Shown piece after piece: positions 53,044-64,000 of a stretch of 64,000 bases of DNA (the first letter of the stretch is position 1; every line of letters starts with the position of its first letter). Source of the DNA: Vicugna vicugna (lineage: Eukaryota); assembly GCA_013265495.1 (NCBI GenBank), contig MU058584.1, positions 4,160,508 through 4,224,507 on the forward strand, read 5' to 3'. Made by a program: the position numbers and the translations under genes. Below the pieces are notes generated by a model. It had not been told where the DNA came from and ran no database searches. It was given only the letters and a program-made list of their open reading frames with translations.

Positions 53044-55242
53044 AAGGGTGTTACACACGCTGCTTGCACCTTCAGGTAAGAAAGAGGGAGAACACCTCAA
53101 AGTTGGTTTCCTTTTTAACAACTGAATTTAGGAGAGCTTCAAGCTAGATAGAAAACTTAAGTGGGAAGCATTTCAGAGGAGGAAAATCAGGTTTATCATT
53201 TTCAAAACAAATATTTAATACGAATAGTTTGAGTGCCTGCCAATTACAAAGAGTTCATCCTCAGTCTGTTAGGAAAAGAGCATATGGAGTTTGAGATTTG
53301 GACTTCAAATCTCAGTTCTGCCACTATCAAGTCATGTTCCTGTGGGAATTTCATTTCACCTTTTTGGACCTCTGTTTTCGTTTCGAAAATGAGACTTTGG
53401 ATTAGATGATATCTGACACCTCTTCTGGCTCTATGTACTATTTTTCTGTTAACATGCAAAATAAGGGCCTTTTTTAGGTTTCAGAAAATGAATAATTTTT
53501 TGCAGGAGGACTAAAAAATACTTTTTTTTTACTGCTGTGCCAGTATTGCTATATGAAATAACAATAAGCCCTATTGTAGCCCCCATTACAAAACATGTGC
53601 CTAGAACTGGGTCTCATGCATCAGAGCATTAGAATGAGATCTACAAACCCTCCAGCCTGAAGCACCTCCTCTCGATGTCTGTCTTTGCACTGGCTGTTCC
53701 CTCTGCTCCAAACCCTCCACCCTCAGCTATGGGCATAGCTACCTCACTCACATCCGAATCTCCACTCAGATGTCACTTCTCAGAGCTGCCTTCTTGACCA
53801 CTCTTTCCAAGAGGCCTGCCTTGGTTGCTCCTCCATTGAACAACCCTGTTTATTTCTTTCATAGCTTGAGTTTCTGGCAGGTGTTCTGGATAACTTCATC
53901 AGGTCAAAGGTCACATTTCATCCAGGCTGAGACATGCATAAGTCACACTTCCTTAACGGCCTCCTGGCTCATTTTAGAGAGCTCTCTTAGCAACACCGAC
54001 TCCATTTTTATTTTCCTTTCATGTAGTAAACTTAGATGTGTCCTTTCACACTACAAACAATCCAAACCTCTCACATCTAAGTTTATTATAAATCAAAATT
54101 CCACTTGGATTTCAAGAAATGTCATTTTGTTTGACAGGAGGCAGATACATGGCATGTAGAGGTAAATTAACCCCCTTTCAACGTGCTGGCTCCAATGCCC
54201 TGGAGGGGCTGTGGGTTACTGAATAACTGCTAGGAAAGCAGAGGAATGCTTAGGGACAAAGAACACAGGCAGGGCTGGCTCCCAGCCTCAGCCCAAGAGA
54301 AACATGCCTGACTTCCTACAACATAACAGAACCCCAGGGAATTCATTTCAGTACTTCATGTGCTGGATCTATCTTAATAAGATGCTGACATTTCTTGAAG
54401 AAATCAACTTCAATTTTGATTTTTTTAAATGTTAACCAATGGCATCCTCAAAGAAACTCAACAATTATTGGAGGTCTGTACTATTTTTTTTCAGTCTCTT
54501 AGCAGCAGCCTGGAGAGCCCTGTCTCCTTCAGCTTAGTGGGACTACCCTCCCCTTTAATATTTAAATTAAAATGTCTCATTTACTGGGCTAGGAAACTCA
54601 GCATTTCCTCACAGAATAACTAAGACTTCTCAGGGGATTTGTTTCTTGTGATAGTTTTCTGCTAAATTCTTGATGGTGCTTGAAGTTTTCTCTTCTTTTT
54701 GTCCTGAATTAACCCCACAAACTTCTTAATCCTCCACCCCACAACAAACACCACTTACCAAAAGTGTAACAAGTTTTTGTTGAAGATTTGGGAGTGGAGC
54801 TACATTGCTAGGTACCAGAGCAGGTTAGTTTAAATTAATTATTCGAATCTCTTATTTCTAGAAAGTTTCCCAGCCTGCTTCAAGAAACTTTAAATTCTTC
54901 TCTCTTTAAAATGTACAGTAATTTCACGAGGTCTTTTCCTAGCCCAGCCACCCTGATGTGGGGCTATTTTCCCCCAATAAAATGACTTTCTAAGATGATA
55001 TGAATTAAAATACACTTCTTTTTCTAAAGAAATTCTGGGGCCCATTTTTAAACTAGTAGGTTTTTCTCCCCCTCCTTCACATTCATAAAACTACGAAGGG
55101 AAACTCTTGAGCAGTTACACAATGTATACGGATCAAATAAATTTTAAGCTTTTTGGTTGAAAGCATCTTATTCCTTCACACCTAGAAAGGGAGGAAAAAT
55201 AGAAGCATTTAAATGGGCCAAGGGTTATCATGTATGCTGTCT

Positions 55243-55635
55243 GGGGTAGATGTTAAGCTGTCCCCTCAATATTTCAGGCTGTCTGCAGTATTTCAGGGAG
55301 GACTGTGGTTGACCGACTTGGGGTCGGTGGGGACATCTGACTAGTTCTGGCCAATGAGATACAAGAAGAAATGATATATATCACTTCCATGCGGGTGTAA
55401 GACCTGCTTTCCCTCTACGTAGGCAGCTTGCAGTGTTCCAGATTGAAGCTGCTCTGTCCACCTGGACCCTGAAGCATTATAGAGCGGATCCCCCCACCCC
55501 GACCCCAAGTTTATCTGCAGTGAACACAGTAAACACGTATTATGATTGGGAAATATGAATGGACCTTTATTGTTTGAAGTCACAGAGATTTGAGTGCCAT
55601 CTTTTACCCCAGCATAACTTAGCCTATTTTAACTC
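55243..55635 (+). mobile_element. Old MaLR (MLT1J-like) LTR
   Basis: GACTAGTTCTGGCCAATGAGATAC...TCACTTCC and TGTTTGAAGTCACAGAGATTTG...CAGCATAACTTAGCCTA motifs. Confidence 0.55.
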
Positions 55636-56619
55636 TTAAACTTTCACGTTACAATTCTTGCCAAAACCTGATGGAGTAGGTATCATTATCTGCATTTTAG
55701 TGATGTGATTTCCTCAGGTCATAGAGCAAATCAGTGGCAGAATCCGTTTTCAAACCCACATCTGTCTGACTCAATGCCTGTGCTCATTACCCTGCATCAG
55801 TAGTTACATTTATTAAACTTTAGTTCCTGTTGAATGTCCTTACAAACTGTTTCGTAGCTTTTGTAAATTTCAGATTCTGCTGTGCAGTGATACCAAGAAA
55901 ACAGCATCGTAGAATTTTTACTATATATTATTTCATTTGATTCTTATAGCAACTCTCTGCGTTAAGCAGATTCTTCTTAGCCTCATTTTACATATGATCC
56001 AAATGAAGCCCAGAGCCCCTACGGGACTTGTCCCAAGGGAGGTAGATATTACAGGACAGAGCCAGGTCTTGAACTTAAGTTTTCTGTCTCATGTGCAGTG
56101 CCCTTGCTAATTCCGGGTACCTTTCAAACCAACTACTTTTCCTTCACTGTACACATAAGGTCAGTGAAGCAACTAACAATGATTTCATTTATTCTTTCAT
56201 TTGTCCACCAAATACTTATTGAACAACTTCTATGTGCCAAGCGTACTTCTTAAACCAAATCTGCTGATAAATTCTAGAAGGAGTAGGTTAGGAGGAAAAA
56301 GACAACCAACTTCCAGGAAGAAGTTTAAAGGTAAGAAGTGGGGGGCAGAAGAGGGCGGGGTGGGAATTGGTACTGGAGCCAGTTTGTACCAACCCCTAAG
56401 AGCTGATTCTGCACATCTCTTCTTATCCCTGAGTTCAGTGACTCCAGCAGCTTGAGATTGGCCACGTTAGAAGTATTTACACCATGGAAATTGGCACATG
56501 CTATAAATCAGGGTTTTACTTTGTTTTGTTTTTCCCCTGGATTGCTGATTGTAAATCACCTCTACATTGATGGCGACTTTGCATTGATGGCCTTTGCCCT
56601 AGGACTAGGGAGTGGAAAA

Positions 56620-57160
56620 TGTGTATGCCTTTTTCTGTCTGGCTTCTTTCATTCAACATAATGTTTTCAAGGTTCATCCATATGGTAGCCTGAATCAGTA
56701 CTTCATTCCTTTTATGCCTGAATAATACTCCATTGTACACGTATAACTACAGTTCATTTATCCGTTCATCTGTTAATGAACATCTGGGCTGTTTCTGTCT
56801 TTTGACTGCTGTGAATAGTGCTACTATGAAGATTCCTGTATAAGGATTTGAGTGTCTATTTTCCATGTTGTGGGGTGTAGACCTAGGAGTAGAATTTCTG
56901 GGTCATGTGGGAACTCCGTGTTTAACTCTTTTGAGGTATCACCATGCAGCTTTACATAGCAGCTTCCCCATTTTACATTCCCAGCAACGTAGGTGAGTTT
57001 CAGTTTCTCCACATCCTTACCGACACTTATTACTTTCCATATTTTGGATTCTTGTCATCCTAGTGGGTGGAAGTTTTAATTTTCATTTCCCTAGTGACTA
57101 ACAATACTGAGGACCTTTTCACATGATTTTTTTGGCTTTTTGTATATCTTCTTTGGAGAA
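56620..57160 (-). mobile_element. L1MB-like fragment
   Basis: GTCTGGCTTCTTTCATTCAACATAATGTTTTCAAGGTTCATCCAT...TATATCTTCTTTGGAGAA is antisense L1. Confidence 0.8.
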
Positions 57161-57514
57161 GCACAGACAAAAAGTCTAGTGAATTCATTCCCTTACTATG
57201 CAGACTGTAGCCCTCTGGACTTGACTAAACAAATCAAATATTTTACTTCCATAAGCTCAGGTATGGTGCCAGCTGCCAGTACTTACTAAGAGAATAATGT
57301 CTTATGGAAATGTGACTTTTTATCAGGTGTGATTGTCCAACAAGTCTGCTGGTTAATTGGTATTTAATACCACCTTTGAGCTCTCTTTTTCACTTCCTCC
57401 CAGTAAGCTACCATCTAGATGTGTCTGAAACAGCTTCAGATTTCCTACCATCCTAACCCCTCCTCTTCTCTTTACCAGGGGGTTCAGGCAAAGGGCAGTA
57501 ACGCAATCCTCACT

Positions 57515-57660
57515 GGGTATTATGGCTTGAATTGTGTCCTGGCCCCCAAACTTCACAGCTTGAAGTTCTAAACCCCAGTACCTCAAAGTGTGACTTGATT
57601 TGGAAATAGGGTCCCTGCAGATGCAGTTAGTTAAGGTAAGGTCAAGTGGAGTGGATAAAA
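57515..57660 (+). mobile_element. MLT1 LTR 5' fragment
   Basis: TATTATGGCTTGAATTGTGTCC...TTGAAGTTCTAAACCCCAGTACCTC...TTTGGAAATAGGGTC. Confidence 0.65.
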
Positions 57661-58512
57661 ATGTCTCACCAGTAAATTTGCTTCCTCCAAGTCTTGTGGG
57701 TTTCTGCTTAATCTGTGAACCCTTGGAAATAGTTTTAATTCTTCTACGTCTGGACACATCCAGAGCAAAACTATGTTTTTCAGGTATTCTGAAGGTTCAA
57801 AATATACTCAATGGCCTCTCAGTCAGATCATGCCCATTTTGCAGCTAAGAATCTTCTCAACTTAAATTCCACCTGAGTTTAAGGCGTGGAGGAGGAGGAA
57901 GGCATCAAGGCTTGCTCTGTTGTAAAAAGAGGGACAAGGCAGTGGGGTCAGGGCAGTGGAGGTTCGGCTGTCACTCTGCAACTGGACACAAAACCCTGAC
58001 TGTCAGTCAGTTCACAGCACAGGGAAGAAAAGGAAAAGAAGCGGTCAGTTGGTCACTCAGTGCTTTAAGCCTGGCTGCCCCTTCCCAACCTGAAAGGAAG
58101 CAGTGAGTCCCAGTCACTAGGTTACTCTGTACCCTGGAACTGACAGTCCGTTTAGTGGCCCCTGCATCACCAGCTTGTAGACCCTTCCTTGCATCGAGCT
58201 TGGGAGTAGATGAAATGTCTTGGCTAGACCCTTTTTATTCCTTGCAACCCCTCTCTCTCAGCATACGATTCAGGCCCTAAACTTGATGGAAACTGTGAGT
58301 TTATATCCATCTGTCTCTTATTGTGTACCTCCCTTCCTCCTAGGTTCTTCCTCACAAGAATTTCAGTGACTCCTTCGTTGGAAGGATTTCAGTAAAGCCT
58401 CTGGGCATCTAGAGATCATCCCGGGACTGGTGGTACCCTCGACTCCAGAGAACAGCCTGCGTGCCGGCCCGTTCAAAGGCAGAGCGGCCTCTGTTCTGGC
58501 GTGTTGTGGAGA

Positions 58513-59044
58513 GGTCTCAGGTCAGATTTCCCAGGAAACAGATTCTGAAACAAATCTTTGCATGCAGTAAGGTTATTGGTGGAGCGACTTGGGAATCAAC
58601 ACATAAGGGGAGTGAAGAAAGCAGGATTGGGCAGAAGGAGGAGTTGGGTTGTGATACAGTCGCAACAAAAGACTCAGGTGATCTGATGGAGAGCTCTGAA
58701 CCTGGGATAGGCCTTTCAGACTGTCCTGATTGTTTATAGCCTCCACATCAACTTGTCATTAGATGTGGGAACGGGAGGGGAGGGTATAGCTCAGTGGTAG
58801 AGCGTGTGCTTAGCATGCACGAGGCCCTGGGTTCAATCCCCAGTACCTCCGTTAAAACAAACACACACACAGATGTGGGAACAGGACCATGGAGGAGGCA
58901 GGACCTTCTCTGCTGAAGGCCATCTCGGAAGCAGGGCTCAGAAGCAGGCTGTCAGCTGGCAACCCTCTCAGCAGCTGGGGAGATGAGGGCTTCATCCTGA
59001 GCAGGGGAGGAGGGACTCGGGCGGGACGCAGAGCCTCCACCACA
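58513..59044 (-). mobile_element. ERV-L class LTR (LTR16-like), 3' LTR of the adjacent provirus remnant
   Basis: Minus strand begins TGTGG immediately after the ERVL-type PPT AAGGGGTGGAC (59045-59055) and ends ...AATCTGTTTCCTGGGAAATCTGACCTGAGAC. Confidence 0.75.
58773..58870 (+). mobile_element. Camelid tRNA-Ala-derived SINE inserted in the ERV-L LTR
   Basis: GGGGAGGGTATAGCTCAGTGGTAGAGCGTGTGCTTAGCATGCACGAGGCCCTGGGTTCAATCCCCAGTACCTCC; TSD AGATGTGGGAAC at 58761-58772 and 58871-58882. Confidence 0.9.
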
Positions 59045-60320
59045 GTCCACCCCTTGCACCGCTTGAATCTGCTTGATTTGTATGAACTTTGGAAGCAGTT
59101 CTTTGAGGATTCTTCTCTCAAGGCTTTTTCCCTGGGGAACTTAGAAGAGGATGATTAGGGGGACAGACGATGCTTCAGTGGGTCTCAACTGCTGCTCATA
59201 ACTTCCCTCTTCTACTTTCTGTTCTAGATTTCCTCTAGCTTCCTTCCTAAGCATCTCTGCTGGTCCAGGTGGCTTACCTGGTGGGATGACCTAGCCCCTT
59301 ACCCTGAGGGGTCTGAGTCCCTGATTATAACGCCCTTCTTAGGCCATGGCTGCTGCATTTGCCAATTTATCAGCAGAGTTGGTCAAGGGAGAACCAAGTG
59401 ATGTCCAAATGGATGACCTGCACACCAGCCATATTCTTCTCTACTGTCACCGTGTAACAGCAGACTCATCTCCTCCTAATGATCAGGGTCTTTTCCTGCT
59501 GGCCTCTCAGCGTGAGATACCCAGGGTGCTGGGTGGAAACATTCACTCTCTGGGAACCAAGACTTCTAAGTCTGCAGAGCCCAGAACTGTGGGGCAGGAA
59601 GTGGAAAACCTGGAGTGATGTTCAGTGGGACCTCTCATTTTCACACCGTGTTCTCCAGACCCAAGCACTCTACCTGCTGGGGCCATGGCACCATGTAATG
59701 ATGGGTGAGAGAGTACATACTCTGTCCGGGAGGATAGCTCCCCATCCTCACATGGTGTCAGCTCCAGCCTAGCACCTCAGCTGTGCCTTCAGGAGGACGT
59801 TCCATTGCTCCATCAGGATGGTGTTTTCTGGGTATTCTCGTATGTGAAGGACCAGTGGATCCCATAGTCATGGGCTCACTTCTGTATCTACTGTGCTGTG
59901 AAGTGACCCTCTGGTTCCAGTGCTATGTTATAGGAGATCTCATGTCTGTGGATGAAACACTTCTGGACTTCCACTCTTCCAGAAGATGGAATATTAGTTT
60001 TCACTATTCCTGCCACTATGTACAACCAAAAACTCAGACATAAGAAGACTCTGAAAGGTGGAGAACAGGTATCTGACTAGCTGGAGGCCCTGGGATCTGA
60101 GGAACAACACAGTGGTGAGTCCCCTGAGTTTTCTTTTTCTGTCTCATGTATCCCAGACCTGGAGCCCAAGAAACTGGCAACCTGGAACCACAAATGTACA
60201 TAGACCAAAAAAAGCCCCAATGAAAGTCTGCTTCTCTTTAGTCAAAGGCCATGAAAGGAACATTCTAGCAAAGCGGAAAACTTTTAGATGATAATTTCTC
60301 TACTTCAGGACCCCCTCGCC

Positions 60321-60360
<40 letters not shown>

Positions 60361-61450
60361 CACACTAAGGCTCTACCCATGCCAGCAAAAGCAATGGGAC
60401 CCTTCCCGCCCTTTCCAGGCCATAACCACTCCCTGCCCCACACCCACCAGGGTAATGCCAGAAAGTAGAGCTCATGTGTTAAGACAAGTCTTCCTGTGTG
60501 TTAGCCACGTCTTGCTCATACAGCCTGAATAACACGATGTCATCTATAAGGTGGACCAACGTGATGACCATGCAGCGTGGCCAGAATCCAGGTCCCTCTG
60601 TCCTACATTATAACAGAAGGAGGGAAAGTTCTAGAGCAGTAACAGTGTACACTGTTGACTATTCCACATGATGAGAACTGTTGCAGATCCTCCTTTCTGA
60701 TCGGGCTAGAAAGTAATGCACATCCCTGGCCACGTATCATATGCAAATCAGTGTGAATTCACTCTAGTAAAACAGCACACGAGGCACAGAACCCGCAGCT
60801 GAAGGTGCACCTTGGTAGAGCGCTCTGCCGTCTACTGGTACCCTCCAGGGTCCTTCTGAGGCCAGAGGGAGAAGTTAATAGACAGGTGTTAGGGAGCGCC
60901 AGCCTACACCCTCCAGGTTTTTAAGGATGGCATGAATCACTGCCATCTTCCCTCAGGATGTGCTACTGTTTTTGATTTACTGTCTTGGATGCGGTGGGGT
61001 GACAGTTTTAAGGGTTTGATTTGGGCCATCCCTGCTATGATAACCTCTCCCTGTGCACGCCAAGGTGGGGTCTATGCCAACCCTCAGTTTGTTTATTTCA
61101 AATTATACATTTGAGGCTGGGAAAATGACCAGTGGGAAAGTCTGTGGACCCCAGGAGACCAGCTGTGAGCTGGACCAAGGCCAGGAGCACTTATCACCTA
61201 GTCCCCACTCATCCCTGCTGTAATGGAGGCCCACAGGAACGCTTTCCGTTTCCAAGCTTCAGTATCAGCTTGGACTCTGTGTCCTCAAAATATCTGGATA
61301 CCACTCTTAGCGCACAATTACCCGACTAAATAGCTCTCACTTTTTAGGGAGGAAGGACTAGGGGGATCATTGCCGTTTACACTTGCTGTGATGGTACAAG
61401 GCCTTCCCCCTAAGGATTCAGCCGTCCTGGAATTAGCAGGTTCTAGATCT
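59045..61450 (-). mobile_element. Decayed ERV-L internal region (protease, RT, dUTPase-region remnants), interrupted at ~60050-60420
   Basis: Minus-strand remnants: EDTESKLILKLGNGKRSCGPP (~61225-61287; cf. ERV-L LLDTGSELTLIPGDPKRHCGPP); TLVHLIDDIVL...EQDVANT (~60500-60562; YxDD region); VIPPGKPPGPAEML...GNLEQKVEEGSYEQQLRP (~59180-59290). All carry stops or frameshifts. Confidence 0.8.
60324..60357. repeat. (CA)n microsatellite
   Basis: About 16 perfect CA units. Confidence 0.95.
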
Positions 61451-61599
61451 AAAAAGCTGGCTCAGGCCTGAAAATCAAAAAAAAAAAAAAAAAAGATTTC
61501 TAAATTTTTTATTGTGGTGGCTGCTCTCAGTCTCCTAATGACCTACTTTAAAAAAAAATTATTGTGTAAACTCTCTAATGGGGGTAAACTTTTTTATTA

Positions 61600-64000
61600 T
61601 TAGTAAAACTTTTTTTTTTAGAAGAGTTTTAGTTTCTCAGCGAAATTGAATGGAAGGTACAGAGATTTCCCATATATTCCCCACCCCAACACATGAATAG
61701 CCTCTGCTATTATCCACATCCCCCGCCGGAGTGCTACATTTGTTACAATCAATGAACCTACATTGACACATAATCACACAAAGTCCATAGTTTGCTTTGG
61801 GGTTCACTGTTGGTGTTGCACATCCTTCGAGTTTGGACAAATATATAATAACATGTATCCATCACTGAGGTATCACAGAGTATTTTCGCTGCCCTCAAAA
61901 TCCTGTGCTCCATCTATACATCCTTCCCTTGCCCCCACCTCCCCAATCCCTGGCAACTACTGATCTTTTTACTGTCTCAGTAGTTTTTTAAATATTTTAT
62001 TTATTATTGCATTACTTTATTATTATTTATTTTGGCAAGAGGGGGAGGTAATTAGGTTTATTTATTTTTGGAGGAGGTACTGGGGATTGAACCCAGGACC
62101 TCATGCATGCTAAGCATTCGCTCAGCCACTTGAGCTGTATACCCTGCCCCCCACCGTCTCAGTAGTTTTGCCTTTTCCGGAATGTCGTATAATTTGAATC
62201 ATACAGTTATGTATCCTTTTTAGGTTGGCTTCTTTCACTTAGTAATATGCATTTAAGTTTCCTATCAAGTCTTTTCATGGCTTAATAACTCATTTCTTTC
62301 TAGCCCGAAATACTATTCCACTGTCTGGATATGCCACGGTTGATTTATCCATTTACCTGCTGAAGAAAATCTTGGTTGCTTCCAAGTTTGGGCAGTTATC
62401 AGTAAAGCTGCTGTAAACACCTGTGTGCAGGTTTTTATGTAGACATAAGTTTTAAACTCCTCTGAGTAAATACCTAGGAGTATGATTATGGATTGAATGG
62501 TAAGAAAATGTCAATAATCCTCATTCCTCCCTCCCATCCCTTGTAGCGTTGCCGTCATTCATTGCACTTACATAATAAGTGTATATAAGTGTATATATAA
62601 TACATATACACATTAGCATGCATAATCAAAAGCATTGTTAGTGTTATTATTTTGAAGTTATCTGTTAGATCATTTAAGAATAAGAAAAGTAAGTTTTTAT
62701 TTTACCTTCACTTATTCCTGCTTCAGTGTTCTTCCTCACTTTACGTAGATCCAAGATTCTGACCTACATTGCTTTCCTTCCTTCTGAAGAACTTCTTGAA
62801 CGTTTCTTGCAGGACAGCTCAACTGGCAACACATTCCCTCAGTTTCTGTTTGTTTGAGAAAGTCTATATTTCCCCTTCACTTTTGAAGGATATTTTCACA
62901 GGATTTACAGAATTTTAGGTTGGCGGGGTTTTTTTCCTCTCAATACTTTAAATATTTCACACCACCTTTCTCTTGCTTGCCTGGTTTCTGAAGAGAAGCC
63001 AGATGTAATTCTTATATTTGCTCCTATATAGTAAGTTGGTTTTTCGGTCTGACTTCCTCCAGGATTTTTTTCTTTACCTTTGATTTTCTGCAGTTTGAAA
63101 ATAATATACCTAGGTATGGGCTTTAGGGGGATTTATCCTGCCTGGTATTCTCTGGGCTTCCTGGATCTGTGGTTCGATGTCTGACATTAATTTGGGGGAA
63201 ATTCTCAGTCATCATTGTTTCAGCTATTTGTTCTGTTCCTCTCTCTTTCTTCTCCCACTGTATGTATGTTATACCTTTGTAGTTGTCCCACAGTTCTTGG
63301 ATACTCTGTATTTTTTTCAGTCTTTATTCTCTTTGCTTTTCAGTTTTTTGGGGGATTTATTGATATATCGTCTAGCTCAGAGATTCTTTTCTTGCCCATG
63401 TCCAGTCTACTAATAAGGCTAACGAAGGCATTCTTCATTTCTGTTACAGTGTTTTCATTATAGTGTTAACATTTCTTTTGGGTCCTTCTTAGGGTTCCCA
63501 GCTCTCTGTTTACATTGCCCATCTGTTCTTGCATGCTGTCTACTTTATCCATTGGAGCCCTTGTAATATTAATCATATTTGTTTTAAATTTCCGGTCTGA
63601 TAATTCCAGCATCCCTGTCACGTCTGGTTCTGGTGCTTATTCGGGCTCTTTAGATTGTGGGGTGTTTTTTGCTTTTTAGTACGACTTGTGATTTTTCTTG
63701 TTAGCTGGACATGATGTACTGAGTAAAAGGAACTGCTGTAAATAGGCCTTTGGTAATGTGGTTGGGGGGGTGGGGAGTGCTCTACAGTCCTATGATTAGG
63801 TCTCAGGCTTTCAAGCCTGTGTCTCTGGAACGTGAACTTGACAAGAGTTTCTTAGTTTTTTTCCTGCTCCCTTAGGTGGGACAGGATGGCTAGAGTGAAC
63901 TAGAGTTGAGTATTTCCCTCCCCCAGATCAGTTAGGCTCTGAATACCCCAGCATGTTAGGCTCTGATTAACTTGTTTCCCCTGAGGGCAGACCTTGTTAA
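61600..64000 (-). mobile_element. L1MC-like and other L1 fragments with an inserted SINE
   Basis: TTGTTACAATCAATGAACCTACATTGACACAT, GGCTTCTTTCACTTAGTAATATGCATT and TGAGAAAGTCTATATTTCCCCTTCACTTTTGAAGGATA; T-rich antisense L1. Confidence 0.8.
61988..62152 (-). mobile_element. Camelid tRNA-Ala-derived SINE in L1
   Basis: GGAGGTACTGGGGATTGAACCCAGGACC...GAGCTGTATACCC; TSD GTCTCAGTAGTTTT at 61974-61987 and 62156-62169. Confidence 0.88.

Overview
Mammalian genomic DNA, most likely camelid (camel/alpaca/llama), judging from about ten copies of a tRNA-Ala-derived SINE (GGGGAGGGTATAGCTCAGTGGTAGAG...). It is the CD247-CREG1 locus, syntenic to human 1q24.2. CD247 (CD3 zeta) coding exon 1 lies at 28521-28578 (-), and everything to its left is its long intron 1. 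A complete four-exon CREG1 gene lies on the minus strand (ATG 51845, stop 43370, 220 aa), with a CpG-island promoter and poly(A) signals near 42180-42210. Other contents are an HNRNPA3 processed-pseudogene fragment in CD247 intron 1, two strong co-oriented CTCF motifs bracketing CREG1, a decayed ERV-L provirus (pro, RT, dUTPase-region, PPT, LTR), and many L1, L2, MIR, MaLR, ERV1 and MER repeats. I found no new multi-gene system. The most interesting observations concern splicing: (i) a CREG1 N160S codon that removes a glycosylation sequon and creates a perfect recursive 5' splice site, (ii) a stop architecture in which retaining intron 3 gives the identical protein, and (iii) a cryptic acceptor/micro-exon at the HNRNPA3 retrocopy. 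Repeat family names and human comparisons come from memory, not database searches, and repeat boundaries are approximate.
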